DNA of 46,468 bases. Source: Octopus bimaculoides (taxonomy: Eukaryota). Of the stretch, positions 22,684 to 35,820 are shown piece after piece. Location of the stretch: the NCBI RefSeq assembly GCF_001194135.2, contig NC_069000.1:21099313-21145780 (forward strand). Direction: 5' to 3'. Below the pieces are notes generated by a model. That model had not been told where the DNA came from, did not search any database, and saw nothing but the letters and a program-made list of their open reading frames with translations. Both the position numbers and the translations under genes were made by a program. Each line of letters opens with the position of its first letter. The stretch's first letter is position 1.

Positions 22684-25043
22684 TAGTGGCTGTATGGTAA
22701 GAAGCTTGCTTCCCAAGCACATGGTTCTGGGTTTAGTCCCACTGTGTTGCACCTTGGGCAAATGACTTTTATTATAGCCTCAGGCTGATCAAAACCTTGC
22801 GAGTGGATTTGGTAAACAGAAACTGAAAGAAGCCCATCATATAAATATATATCTATATGTGTTTGTGAGTGTGTGTGTGTGTGTGTGTGTTTGCACCTGT
22901 GTTTGTCGCCTGCAACCACTTGACAAGTGTTGGTGTGCTTACGTCCCCATAGCTTAGCAGTTTGGCAAAAGAGACCAATAGAATAAGTACCAAGGTTAAA
23001 AAAAGTACTGGCAGTTGATACATTCAACTAAAAAAACACTTCAAGGCATTGCCCCAGCATGGCTGCAATCTAATGACTGAAACATAAAAGATAAAAAGTG
23101 CAGCAATCTTTTATTTTAATCAAAAAAATTATATACAGGCGTAGGAGTGGCTGTGTGGTAAGTAGATTGTTTACCAACCACATGGTTCTGGGTTCAGTCC
23201 CACTGCGTGGCACCTTGGGCAAGTGTCTTCTACTATAGCCTCGGGCCGACCAAAGCCTTGAGTGGATTTGGTAGACGGAAACTGAAAGAAGCCTGTTGTA
23301 TGTATGTATGTANNNNNNNNNNNNNNNNNNNNNNNNNNNNNNNNNNNNNNNNNNNNNNNNNNNNNNNNNNNNNNNNNNNTATATATATATATATATGTAA
23401 GTGTGTGTATATGTTTGTATGTCTGTGTTTGTCCCCCCCCCCCCAACATCGCTTGACAACCGATGCTGGTGTGTTTACGTCCCCGTAACTTAGCGGTTCG
23501 GCAAAAGAGACGGATAGAATAAGTACTAGGCTTACAAAGAATAAGTCCTGGGATCGATTTGCTCGACTAAAGGCGGTGCTCCAGCATAGCCGCAGTCAAA
23601 TGACTGAAACAAGTAAAAGAGTAAAGAGTATATAAACAAGCCTCTTAAATTCAAAGTATTTTCAAGTGATTGAATGGAAAGCTCCTGAGAGTCCTTTGCA
23701 AAGGATTAGAAAAAAAATGACTGTTGTAGGGGAGCAGAAAATAAAAATGTAGAAGCTAAAAGTGTTATGTATCTGTTTTATATGGTTGAAAAGCTAAAAT
23801 GGAAGTATAACACAGATTTGTTTTGGTGAAAAAATATACTTTCCAAAGTGAAACTGGACTAGCACCAAGTTTATATAAAACTGCCTTTGCAGTATATGTA
23901 TAAGCTACATTATGAAATGCAAATGGATAACAAGTTTAAATTTAGGTCTTATGTCAAGTTGATTCATTTTATAAATGCTACCATTATAGATTGTGAAACA
24001 TTTCCAGCTCTAAGCATTTCAGATAAAGAATTATCAACTGTATTGTTTATTTTGAAGCTCGTTTTAAAATATAACACTTGCTTATTGAAAGATTTCTCTC
24101 TTTTAGGTACATTTCCTGCATTACACAAGAACAAAGAGGCAAAGAAACAGGCACACTTGATGCTTTACATAAATTATTTTTATTGTTATTATTATTATTA
24201 TTATCATTATTAAGAAGGTGGCAAGCTGGTAGAATCGGTAGCACGCTGGATGAAATGCTTAGCGGTATGTTGTCTGTCTTTGCATTCTGAGTTGAAATTC
24301 TGCTGAGGTTGACTTTGCCTTTCATCCTTTCAGGGTCGATAAATTAAATACCAGTGAAACACTGGGGTCAATGTAATTGACTATCCCCCTCCCCAAAATT
24401 TCAGGTCTTGTGCCAATAGTAGAAAAGATTGCGCAGGAGTGGCTGTGTGGTAGTGGTAAGTAACTTGCTTACCAACCACATGGTTCTGGGTTCAGTCCCA
24501 CTGCATGGCACCTTGGTCAAGTGTCTTCTACTATAGCCTCGGGCCGACCAAAGCCTTGTGAGTGGATTTGGTAGACGGAAACTGAAAGAAGCTTGTCGTA
24601 TATATGTATATATNNNNNNNNNNNNNNNNNNNNNNNNNNNNNNNNNNNNNNNNNNNNNNNNNNNNNNNNNNNNNNNNNNNNNNNNNNNNNNNNNNNNNNN
24701 NNNNNNNNNNNNNNNNNNNNNNNNNNNNNNNNNNNNNNNNNNNNNNNNNNNNNNNNNNNNNNNNNNNNNNNNNNNNNNNNNNNNNNNNNNNNNNNNNNNN
24801 NNNNNNNNNNNNNNNNNNNNNNNNNNNNNNNNNNNNNNNNNNNNNNNNNNNNNNNNNNNNNNNNTGACAACTGATGCTGGTGTGTTTACGTCCCCGTAAC
24901 TTAGCAGTTCGGCAAAAAGAGACGGATAGAATAAGTACTAGGCTTACAAAGAATAAGTCCTGGGGTCGATTTGCTCGACTAAAGGTGGTGCCCCAGCATG
25001 GCCGCAGTCAAATGACTGAAACAAGTAAAAGAGTAAAAGAGTA
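22684..25043 (+). mobile_element. Family-A SINEs (~22684-23097, 23137-23629, 24431-25043)
   Basis: Full-length copies; the latter two are near-identical and CpG-rich, with N gaps at the internal microsatellite. Confidence 0.92.
24211..24430 (+). mobile_element. Family-B SINE
   Basis: Full-length; abuts a family-A copy at its tail. Confidence 0.9.
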
Positions 25044-26119
25044 TGAGACAGCAAACAGGCAAAATCATTAGCAGATTGGACAAAATGTTCTACCAGATTT
25101 TTACATGCTGAGCCCAAATCCCAATAATGTCAACTTTGCCTTTCTAGGGACAATGTAATCGGCTAAAGACCTTCCCACTAAAATTGCTGACTCTATACCA
25201 AAATTTGAAATCATTACTATAATTTTTTATCATATTAGTACTAAAGATAGTGAATGATAGTAATTTGGTTCAATAAATTAATATAATCAGTAGTGGGCAT
25301 AATAAAATGATTAATAGTTATAAGTTGGCCATTGATTGAGGTGAATTTTGGCAATGTGGTTCATGTACACTTACTTCATTTCTTTAATGTTTGTTTTTCC
25401 ATGCTAGCATGGGTTGGATGAGGGCTTATTTGAGGCAGCATTTGACAACTGAATGCCCTTCCTGTTGCTAATCCTTAACCGTTTTCCAAGTGAGATATGT
25501 TTTACTACACTGGTCTTCAAATGTGATCAGTCATGATATCAACAAGGAATGTAAACATTTATGCATGCACACACACACACACACACACACAAAATTCTGT
25601 GTACAATACAGAGAAATGTCAAGAAAATTCTGACCAAATATATTTTTCTGTTGTATTTTTTCCACAATCTTCTTAAGAAAGAATAAATATGAAGTATCTT
25701 TATAATATTTTGTCAATATTTGACATTGGGATCAATTATAGTTAAAGCTATGTTTTCACATGAAAGACATCGTTGCTGACTTAGATGTAGTTGAACTCCA
25801 AATCAACTCTAATCAAACAGACATATAATTACAGACATACTATCCATTAACATCTCGACCATTTTTTTGCTTTTTTTCAGTAAAAATAGTCTATTTAAAA
25901 CAGTGGTTCTCAACCATTTATAGCTTAGTTCCTCTTTCAAAGAATAGCACCCTCTCTTTTTCAGGTTTAAGAGAAACAAAAAACCAAAAAGCAGCAGATT
26001 ATTTTAATCAAATAGAAGCTACTTTTGTGCAGCAGTTTATTAGTCCACTTAGCATGTTTCTCTTTTTAGATATTTGCATGGAGTAATGCCCATATATTAA
26101 ATATTTAATGAATTATTAA

Positions 26120-26326
26120 TCTTTTAGTATTTAAACCAGCCATATCCAGCCCAAATATTCTATCTGTTTTATGTTCAAACATCTGGCCTCTCACACTTAT
26201 CCTACAATGGTATTCTAAAAGTATACAATCACATCACCAAAATTTCAAAGCTACGAGATAGTGCATGATTAATTTTTTTAAAAAGTGAAGCATTACATTT
26301 GACAGAATAATTTGAATGCTAAAGGA
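26120..26326. mobile_element. piggyBac-type MITE
   Basis: ttaa/ttga flanks; same internal sequence as 34412-34948 without the insert. Confidence 0.75.
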
Positions 26327-27546
26327 TTGAAGACAGTGAGGACATATACAATGAAAGGATATTGGAACTCATTACACCATCAGTCATGTTTCTGTTCACA
26401 GATAACACAATGTCCTACTTTTATTCTAATCCTGACAAAGATTTTATTGTACTGAGTTTGGATGATCTGTTTCTAAGAAAAAGCATGCCACCTCTAAACA
26501 CCCGCTGTCCCTTCATAGCATGCCTTTGGCATTTGCTACCCCATGTGAGCACACAAAATTCCCCTACCAATAGGATGTTATCACTTAGGTTAAGAACCAA
26601 TGAACTACAACTGTAGTAACGAATGTGTCCTTCCTTATTTAAGATGATACAGTGTGATTTGGTGGGGAGATTTTTCACTGCTTTTTCTAGCAGGTAGAAC
26701 GAATGCTTATGGACTTCCTATCTGGTTTGTGAAAGACATTATAGAAGCATGTAAAAATTTAATAAAGTATACACATAAACATCCCCATACATCTCCATAC
26801 TCTCTCATTCATTTACACACTCATAGAAAAGACAGCATTGTATAATTTGAAACATAAATATGATTTTTGATATGCTCAGTCACCAGTTTTAAAAAAAAGG
26901 GAAAACTAAAACAACAAAGATAATAAACAACAAGTTTAAATCAAAGTATAACTTTGATAAATCAGTATAAATAAAATGAAAATACATAACAAAAGTTATA
27001 TATTTTTAGTAGAGAAAAAAACAGAAAGATCCAGCTTTTTGAGTAAAATTGAAAATAATTCATGGATGGAATTTGTAAAGTTGAAGTTTTTTTGTAAAAT
27101 GGATCTACTGTAATTTTTTTTAGTTATCATGTCAGCAATTTTTCCATCATTTATGGCTGGGTTTTGAAAAGAGTTACATGGACCCTGGCCAGAATGGAGA
27201 TTGATTGTGTTTTGGACGGTTTANNNNNNNNNNNNNNNNNNNNNNNNNNNNNNNNNNNNNNNNNNNNNNNNNNNNNNNNNNNNNNNNNNNNNNNNNNNNN
27301 NNNNNNNNNNNNNNNNNNNNNNNNNNNNNNNNNNNNNNNNNNNNNNNNNNNNNNNNNNNNNNNNNNNNNNNNNNNNNNNNNNNNNNNNNNNNNNNNNNNN
27401 NNNNNNNNNNNNNNNNNNNNNNNNNNNNNNNNNNNNNNNNNNNNNNNNNNNNNNNNNNNNNNNNNNNNNNNNNNNNNNNNNNNNNNNNNNNNNNNNNNNN
27501 NNNNNNNNNNNNNNNNNNNNNNNNNNNNNNNNNNNNNNNNNNNNNN

Positions 27547-27587
<41 letters not shown>

Positions 27588-27969
27588 TTGTTTTTTTACA
27601 TGTTTCAGTCATTTGACTGCAGCCATGCTGGAGCACCACCTTTAGTCGAAGAAATCGACCCCAGGACTTATTCTTTGTAAGCCTAATACTTATTCTATCA
27701 GTGTCTTTTGCCAAAGCGCTAAGTTTCGGGGACATAAATACACCAACATCAGTTGTCAAGCAATGGTGGGGAAACAAACACAGACATAAAGACACACACA
27801 CATAAATATATACATATATATACATATGCACACACACATGTAAACACAGAGGTGCAAAACAAGTGTGTATACATAGTCCCAGGTTCAACCACACAGTGTC
27901 ACACCTTGACCAAATGTCTTCTACTATAGCCTTGTGGATGGATTTGATAGATAGAAACTGAAACAAGCC

Positions 27970-28024
<55 letters not shown>

Positions 28025-28165
28025 CGTGTGCGTGTTCCACAGCACCACTTGCCAACCGGTTGGTCTGTTTAAAAAAGGTGCTGGGACTGATTCATTTGAC
28101 TAAAAATTCTTCAAGGTGGTGTCTCAGCATGGCCATAGTCTAATGACTGAAACAAGTAAAAGAAT
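27588..28165. mobile_element. Family-A SINE pieces (~27588-27800 -, ~27870-28165 +)
   Basis: 3' half in reverse followed by a forward copy. Confidence 0.8.
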
Positions 28166-28229
28166 ATATACAANNNNNNNNNNNNNNNNNNNNNNNNNNN
28201 NNNNNNNNNNNNNNNNNNNNNNNNNNNNN

Positions 28230-28264
<35 letters not shown>

Positions 28265-29869
28265 ATGAATAGAATATTCATATGGGCAGTAATATGAAAA
28301 TGAAAAAAGGACAAAACAAACCCACAATCATGACTGTATGCATGTATATTGTCTGATTTATGAATGTATGGATATATATGCTTTACAAAAATGTATTCTG
28401 TTTCAGAGAAAAAAAAATCAAAAACGGTTCACAAAAAAAAAAAAAGGACGGATTTCTCAAAGTAGATTTGAATGGTTTCTGAGCACCTTTTCTCATACAA
28501 ATTAATCCCTTCTGGAGTCTCCAAACTACCAAGTTAGTCATTGTTGCCCAGTCAGTTTAAGGATCCATTATTGTACATATAACAAAACAAACTAAAAGAT
28601 TAGTGTGTATCGTCTCACTGTTCTACTGTATGAATCTGAGCAGTGAACAACACGCTATGGCTAGTAATGGATCAGTCCAGAAAGAAAGGCAATGATTTAA
28701 TGATACATATTGACCAGGGAATTGATATGTAGTTTATCGGATCATAATGGTGAGATTAACTCCTCTCAAGAAAGAACATTAATCTGACAAAGTACTGCCA
28801 GAACCTTGCTGTACCAGAAACAGTAAGACCTTTTGCTGCCTAACAGCTAAACTGAATATTCAGTTAGGGAACTAAAAAATGAAAATAGGTGATGGTCCCA
28901 GAAGGAAATGTCACATCTCTTCAATCTCCAAGATACAGAGAGAAGTATTAGTATAATGTTGGTCAGTGGTAACGGATATCAGACTGAAGTGGTGGCTTGA
29001 GGTAAGAATAGCTCTGTATCTTTAGACTCAATAAATACTGTTTAACACTGATTTCATTTTTGTGTGTATATATTATGTGTATGTTTAGGTGTGTTTCAAT
29101 GTATGTATATGCAAAAAATGCAGACAACATATATTATCTGAATAATGCATGGGTATATAATAGATACAAAATATACATGTAAAATACATACATAAACAAA
29201 GATGTTTGTGCATGTTTGTGTGTACATATACAAGTATAGTAGTACAAACACCCATGGCATAGGAATTTAGTATATATGAATTTAGTTTTATAGGTAGGCA
29301 TCCATTAGTGCTTCCAAAAGTCTACCCAATGTAAGTTGTGGGTGCACAAAAAGAGGTGCAGTGGGATCACTGGTGACAGAGAAGACTAGTGCATGCAGCA
29401 GATATACAAGAGAGTTAGCAGTAGGAGCAGTCAGGGAAAAAAGTCTTTCAAGTGGTTGGAGGATTCCTTAGAAATAATCAATTGCTTCCATTACATAGGT
29501 GAACTAATTAGCAGCAGAGGGAAAGGTTTTAAGCCAAATTTTAAAAAATGAAGAGGGGGAAAAACTCAAACATAGCAACATGTGTGTGTGCATGTGTACA
29601 CATACACACACACACATACACACAGATATAGATATGCCAACATGCAAACACTCACACATATTTGCTTGCATTTATTTCTGTGAGTATGTATGTAACTAGA
29701 CACATAAATACATGTGTAGTTAGCTCTGTTGGCAATAAAGAGACTCTCTCTTGCTCTCTCTAAGTGAAGAACAGATTGTATGAAACATTTGTATGAAATG
29801 TGGAGTTGCATAACAGCTAAAACATAGCTATTAGATGCAGGGGATGAGTGAAGGCTGGAGAAAAATGAG

Positions 29870-30175
29870 ATAAGTTGGCTCCACTAAATGTGTATTGTCT
29901 AGTGTATATAAATGATGGATCACACAAACGTGTTGTGAGAGACGGCAACAAGTGTGAGAGGAACAAGGTGCAGTGTGCAAGAGATACAGACATGTGATGT
30001 GTATGAAAGATGCCAGTTGTGTAAGAAGTGTCAAATGCTCCAAGAGGCAAGGAACCTGCAGAAATGGAAGACATGGGAAGATGTGGTGAAAGCTGATCTC
30101 AGGAATCTGAACCTCATAAAGGAAATGACAAGTTTTGCACTGAAGGAAACACCTATCCAACCTATAAAATGATGC
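29870..30175 (+). mobile_element. RTE-clade LINE C-terminal fragment
   Basis: RCSVQE..HVM..SCVRSV..KTWEDVVKADLRNLNLIKEMT. Confidence 0.75.
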
Positions 30176-30213
30176 TGATAACGATTTGTACATATAGGGA
30201 CATGGCAATATAA

Positions 30214-30214
<1 letters not shown>

Positions 30215-30287
<73 letters not shown>
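30215..30287. repeat. (TG)n microsatellite; similar runs at 4175-4207, 9844-9893, 27972-28018
   Basis: Read directly from sequence. Confidence 0.95.
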
Positions 30288-30291
<4 letters not shown>

Positions 30292-30760
30292 ATACTGATA
30301 GACAGATAGATAAATAGATAGGTATGCTGGTATATATTTCTGTGTGAGTATGTGTGTATGTATATACAAATATAGATATGCCAGCATGCAAACAATCACA
30401 CACATTTGTCTGTCTGCATCTTTGTGTATATGTATGTAAACTAGACACATACATATGCATGTAGTTACAAATAAATAAAGAGGAGTAAACATACAAATTA
30501 TATTTCCCTATGTATGCTGCAGAACAGTAATATTTTCATTGATTAAAATGGATTTTTGGAACAAAAAAAAAATATTTAAGTGGTGGGGAAAAACATTGAC
30601 ATCACTGTTCACAATGCATCTTATTTAGGTTTATAAAATAGTACTTTATCGACTGTTACTGACTGCTGCAATGGATGGTCATTGAAAACAATTGCAACAC
30701 ACCCCGCAATGGGCGCTGTTCCAGCAGGGCCACATTAATTAGTTGTAGCCAGTAAAAGAT

Positions 30761-30922
30761 ATATATATATATATATATATACATATGCATATATAACGTA
30801 TGTATGTATGTATGTACATGTGCATGTATATGTCTGTGCGTGAGCGTGTATATGTATGTATGTGTATGTATATATTCCTGGTAATTAATCGATATTAATT
30901 AATATATGATTTTTACCCTATG

Positions 30923-30973
<51 letters not shown>

Positions 30974-31140
30974 GCATATATAACGTATGTATGTATGTAT
31001 GTACATGTGCATGTATATGTCTGTGCGTGAGCGTGTATATGTATGTATGTGTATGTATATATTCCTGGTAATTAATCGATATTAATTAATATATGATTTT
31101 TACCCTATGTTAATATATATATATATATATATATATATAG
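30761..31140. repeat. Exact tandem duplication, period 187 bp, bounded by (TA)n
   Basis: acatatgcat..accctatgttaa starts at both 30781 and 30968. Confidence 0.9.
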
Positions 31141-31144
31141 ATAA

Positions 31145-31177
<33 letters not shown>

Positions 31178-31194
31178 CAGAGAGGTCGGAGAGA

Positions 31195-31236
<42 letters not shown>

Positions 31237-31928
31237 TACATATGTTTGTATGCGAGTCATCATTATCATTATCACATAACATGTTTTCTATGCTTGCATG
31301 GGTTGGAATGTTCAACAGGATCTGACAAACCAGAAGATGCATCAAGCTTGCTTTCACAAGATCTCTACAGCTGGATGCCCTTCCTAACACCAACCACCTT
31401 GTACAGAGTACTTGCTACTTTTTTTTTTTTTTTTGACAAGGCACTGACATTAGTGAGATCACCAAGTAACTCACAAGAAAAGACCCCTCAATTGAGTATG
31501 GCTATAGTACTGAGGGAGGTGGCTTTCATACACACACACACATATTCACACACATACAAATGGAAAAGATATGAACTCTGTAAATCACATCAAAGCCTGC
31601 CTATCAAGGAAAGCATTAACTCTGAATAACAAATATTACGGGTAGAGGGGACTCTTTAATCCTCCTACAGACAAACCCCTATAGCACTAGTGGTAAGATA
31701 AAATATACTCTGTTCATGGTGTGAAATGATTGGTAAAAGGAACAGCTTCAGATTGTAGAAATCATGTCAAAAGAAATGCGACATAAAAAACAACAAAGAT
31801 TAATGTCTTTTCCTATATGACAAAAGACTGTAGTAAGTAATGAGAATGAAATGTATGCCCAACATGAAAAGCTGATGTAAATAATAATAATACTACTGCT
31901 GATCATATATCTATATATATATATATAT

Positions 31929-32988
31929 AGGGTCATCCCATAAATAATGCAGTTTTTTCAATTGCATGAACTAAAAGTTGGAGGGGAAACGGGACAAACT
32001 ACCTGCATCAACTTGCTATAAAAGCAGGTAGTAAATTTACCCTGTTCTTATTCTTAGTGCAAGTTTTGAAGAGTGCAGTTCGATTTTAACAGTTACTTTA
32101 TCAAAGCTATGATGGCAGTGACAAAGGAGCATATTCAGCATATTTTGCTTTATGAGTTCAATAAAGGCAACAATGCAAAGGAAAGTGCAAAGAATATTAA
32201 TGCAGTATATGGGGATCAGACAATAAGCATAAGCCAGTGTCAATGGTGGTTCCAGAAATTCCAAGCCAGAAACTACAGCCTAGAAGACAAGCCTTGTCCT
32301 GGAAGATCTGTACAGCTCAAAGAGGATGTCCTGCAAACCCTAGTGGAATAAAATCCTATCGTAACTGTTGAGAAGTTTGGATTTGACCATTCAACCATTC
32401 ATCAACACCTGTGTGCCATCAGAAAAGTTAGAAAAATTGGGTTAATGGGTTCCTCACAAACTTTTCGAGTCTAATTGCACGCAAAGAGTGAATGTATGCT
32501 CTTCTTTGCCGTCATGTCTCATGAATGAACTTTTTTTGGACCAAATAGTGACTGGTGATGAGAAATGGGTTCTCTATAACAATATCAAGTGCCAAAGAAA
32601 GTGGGTTGGGAAAGGAGAAACACCGGTACCCCAGGCTAAAGAAAGTCTTCACCCACGTAAGGTGTTGTTATCTGTTTGGTGGGATATGAAAGGTTTAGTC
32701 CACTTTGAACTTTTAAACCCAAACCAAACAATAACAAAGGAGATCTACTGCAAACAGCTTGAGCAGCTTAAGCCAGTGCTAGAAGAAAAATGACCATTTT
32801 TGGTTTCAAGACGAAAGGTGTTCTTCCATCAGGATAATGCTTGGCCACATACAGCAAGGATGACATTCCAAAGGCTAGATCAGTTTGAATGGGAAACGAT
32901 GCCCCACCCATATATTCACTGGACGTTGCCTCATCTGATTATCATTTATTCCACAGTCTTCAAAATCATTTGGACAGAAAAAATATGA
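31929..32988 (+). mobile_element. Mariner-like (DD34D) transposon, decayed; right end lost in N gap
   Basis: TA-flanked left end; HTH KEHIQHILLYEFNKG..QCQWWFQKF, WVPHK, TGDEKW, LHPRKVLLSVWWD, HQDNAWPH, YSLDVASSDYHLF. 34 residues between D2 and D3 after repairing one frameshift; several stops and frameshifts. Confidence 0.93.
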
Positions 32989-33950
32989 NNNNNNNNNNNN
33001 NNNNNNNNNNNNNNNNNNNNNNNNNNNNNNNNNNNNNNNNNNNNNNNNNNNNNNNNNNNNNNNNNNNNNNNNNNNNNNNNNNNNNNNNNNNNNNNNNNNN
33101 NNNNNNNNNNNNNNNNNNNNNNNNNNNNNNNNNNNNNNNNNNNNNNNNNNNNNNNNNNNNNNNNNNNNNNNNNNNNNNNNNNNNNNNNNNNNNNNNNNNN
33201 NNNNNNNNNNNNNNNNNNNNNNNNNNNNNNNNNNNNNNNNNNNNNNNNNNNNNNNNNNNNNNNNNNNNNNNNNNNNNNNNNNNNNNNNNNNNNNNNNNNN
33301 NNNNNNNNNNNNNNNNNNNNNNNNNNNNNNNNNNNNNNNNNNNNNNNNNNNNNNNNNNNNNNNNNNNNNNNNNNNNNNNNNNNNNNNNNNNNNNNNNNNN
33401 NNNNNNNNNNNNNNNNNNNNNNNNNNNNNNNNNNNNNNNNNNNNNNNNNNNNNNNNNNNNGGCACATAAAAGACATCATTTCGAGCATGGCCGTTTTCGT
33501 GCGGGTGACACGTAAAAGCACCCACTACACTCTCTGAGTGGTTGGCGTTAGGAAGGGCATCCAGCTGTAGAAACTCTGCCAAATTAGATTGGAGCCTGGT
33601 GATGCCATCCGGTTTCACCAGTCCTCAGTCAAATTATCCAACCCATGCTAGCATGGAAAGCGGACGTTAAACGATGATGATGATGATGATGATATATATG
33701 TGTGTGTGAAGTATGCTTTTAAATTGCTTAAAAAATATTTTGTATAAAAATTAAGAGAATTCATTTTAAGGTGAACAGAAAGTGGTTTAGAATTTTGGTC
33801 CTAAAATCGTGAACTCTTGTTTTCGAAATGTTCTCTTTCTCTTTGAAAATAATCACAGCAGATCAAAGGACAAGGGATATAGAAAAGGATGGACGGATTT
33901 GAATGGTAAAGTTCAACTCTTTGGAGAGAATTGACAATTGTTCATCTGTC

Positions 33951-34233
33951 TCAGCAAGGCAATGTGAATGGTAAAGGTTTTTCAATACTAATCTGATTGT
34001 TGGCGTCTAGTTTGAGCTTTGGTGCTTCAGATGTGAGTTTTGGTGTTGATAATGTTAGTGGCTTTGGTGTTGCTAATGCTGTCGGCTTTGGTGTTGCTAA
34101 TGTTAATGGCTCAAATATGCTGTTCATGTTGTTGCTGACAATATTGTTGCCACTAATATTATTGTCACCAATGTTGTTGTTGAAGAAGCTGTTATTGCCA
34201 TGATGGTTACTGCTGCCGATATTGAGGTAGCTG
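33951..34233 (-). CDS. Candidate alternative terminal exon of gene X (Asn-rich, LATPKP-like repeats)
   Basis: CTAAC branch-like motif, pyrimidine tract and aaaaacag|C acceptor in phase 2; 93 open codons to TGA. Low-complexity origin cannot be excluded. Confidence 0.35.
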
Positions 34234-34411
34234 CTGTTTTTAATGGAGTTAAAGAGAACAACAAAAAATACCAAATGAAACATGAAAGTTAGCTACACAA
34301 AGTGCTGTTTTGGAATTTTCTCAATGACATTTTTGATTGTCTGAGATTGTTCCCATTTCTTTCCACTAATACTGGGTTTCACCTCTGATTCTTCCCATAC
34401 TAAACATTTAA

Positions 34412-34948
34412 CCCTTTAGCATTTAAACCAGCCATATCTGTTAGAAAATTATTATTTTTAAATCTCACAACAAGAGATATTCAGCAACAGTACTTTGGAG
34501 TAAAGGTTATTTGCAAACATAACATGGCAGTCCTGGTTTAAGACGAATGTTGCTGTAATTTAGCCCCAGGAAACATCGCAATACACAGATATTGTTCTGA
34601 GCTGAGTGGGGGTGCTAGATTCCCTTGTTCAAAAAATGTAAGGACATAGATTGTGTCGTATAGCTAGCTGGAGACAATGTCTCCTGGGGCTAAATTACAG
34701 CAACATTCGTCCTAAACCACGACTGCCATGTTATGTTGGCAAACAACCTTTACTCCAGCCATATCTGGTTCAAATATTCTACATGTTTTATGTTCAAACT
34801 GGCCTCTCACACCTACCCTACAATGTTTTTCTAAAAATAAACAATTACATCATCATAATCTTGAAGCTTTGAGATAATGCATAATTAATTGAAAATAATG
34901 TGAATGAATAAGCATTGAATTTGGAAGAATAATCTGCTTGCCAAAGGG
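34412..34948. mobile_element. piggyBac-type MITE carrying a nested insertion
   Basis: TTAA at 34408-34411 and 34949-34952; CCCTTT..AAAGGG ends; an uninterrupted sister copy lies at 26120-26326. Confidence 0.82.
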
Positions 34949-35160
34949 TTAATCTGTCCTTTCTTCTAAAATCCACCCTCAATCCACACATGTACACATC
35001 TTTTCTACATATCATCAGCCCTAGCACTTGACTGCTACTTTATTTAACAACCCTGGAGGCTATTATTTTTAGCAGGTTGAGTGACCAGGGACAGGCCACC
35101 TGAAACAAGTGTTTTTATAAAACTGTTATGTGTCTATCACAAATTTCTCAATCCTTAAGC

Positions 35161-35166
35161 TTTATT
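35161..35166 (-). terminator. Candidate poly(A) signal AATAAA for gene X
   Basis: First minus-strand AATAAA I found downstream of the 35955 stop (~790 nt); another lies at 35039-35044. Confidence 0.3.
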
Positions 35167-35368
35167 TGCTTTTTTTTTCTTCTATGAGACAAGTAAGATA
35201 ATAAATATTCTTTCCCTAAGCATACACACACTATTTCTAACAATTTCTAACAATTTCATGAAGTTCTCAGCTTAACCTCAAACCTACCAATTGTCACAGG
35301 TTCTAAGATTGACAAAATTTAATGCAAGCAACTAAAGTGGCATAAATAAGCAACTTAAACATTTATAC

Positions 35369-35589
35369 CAGTGGTTCTCAACCAGGATCCACATGACCCT
35401 TAGGGGTCCTTATAAGATTTTTTTGTTGAAGTTTATGTGCAATAAATTGGTTATATTTCTATAATGTACAAAATATTCTAACAATAAAATAATAGGATTT
35501 TTTAAAACACTGAATGCATAAAAGGTTCCAGTTAGAGTAAAATAGGAATGAAAGGGAGTCCATATGCAAAATATGGTTGAGAACCACTG
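35369..35589. mobile_element. hAT (Charlie-like) MITE
   Basis: TIRs CAGTGGTTCTCAACC / GGTTGAGAACCACTG; 8-bp TSD atttatac / atctagac. Half copies at ~5490-5590 and ~25900-25920. Confidence 0.85.
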
Positions 35590-35601
35590 ATCTAGACAAT
35601 A

Positions 35602-35820
35602 CGAAGGGGTGCTGAAAAATTCCTGGCTTTAAGGATTTTGTGAAAGACCTGGTTGGAGGCCCAGCCTTCTGAATTCTTTTACAGGGCTTAGGAAAACTGA
35701 AAAAATCCGCTGCAATAAGTGTGTGAATCTGACAGGGGAATACGTTGAATAAAATCATAATTAACTGATTCTGCTGTATTTTCTTTTACCCAAAGCCAAG
35801 AACTTTTCAGCACCCCCTCA
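35602..35820. mobile_element. Mariner-type MITE
   Basis: TA TSDs; ~30-bp TIRs cgaaggggtgctgaaaaattcctggcttt / aaagccaagaacttttcagcaccccctca. Partial inverted copy at 38347-38500 and a solo TIR at ~5925-5967. Confidence 0.88.

Noticed and set aside
28932-29000. Plus-strand segment with ag| and |gtaaga signals
   Set aside because: Stops in all three frames; nothing else supports a transcript.
34289-34399. Open frame WEESEVKPSISGKKWEQSQTIKNVIEKIPKQHFV*
   Set aside because: The apparent acceptor abuts a MITE end, lacks a pyrimidine tract, and has no phase-compatible strong donor.
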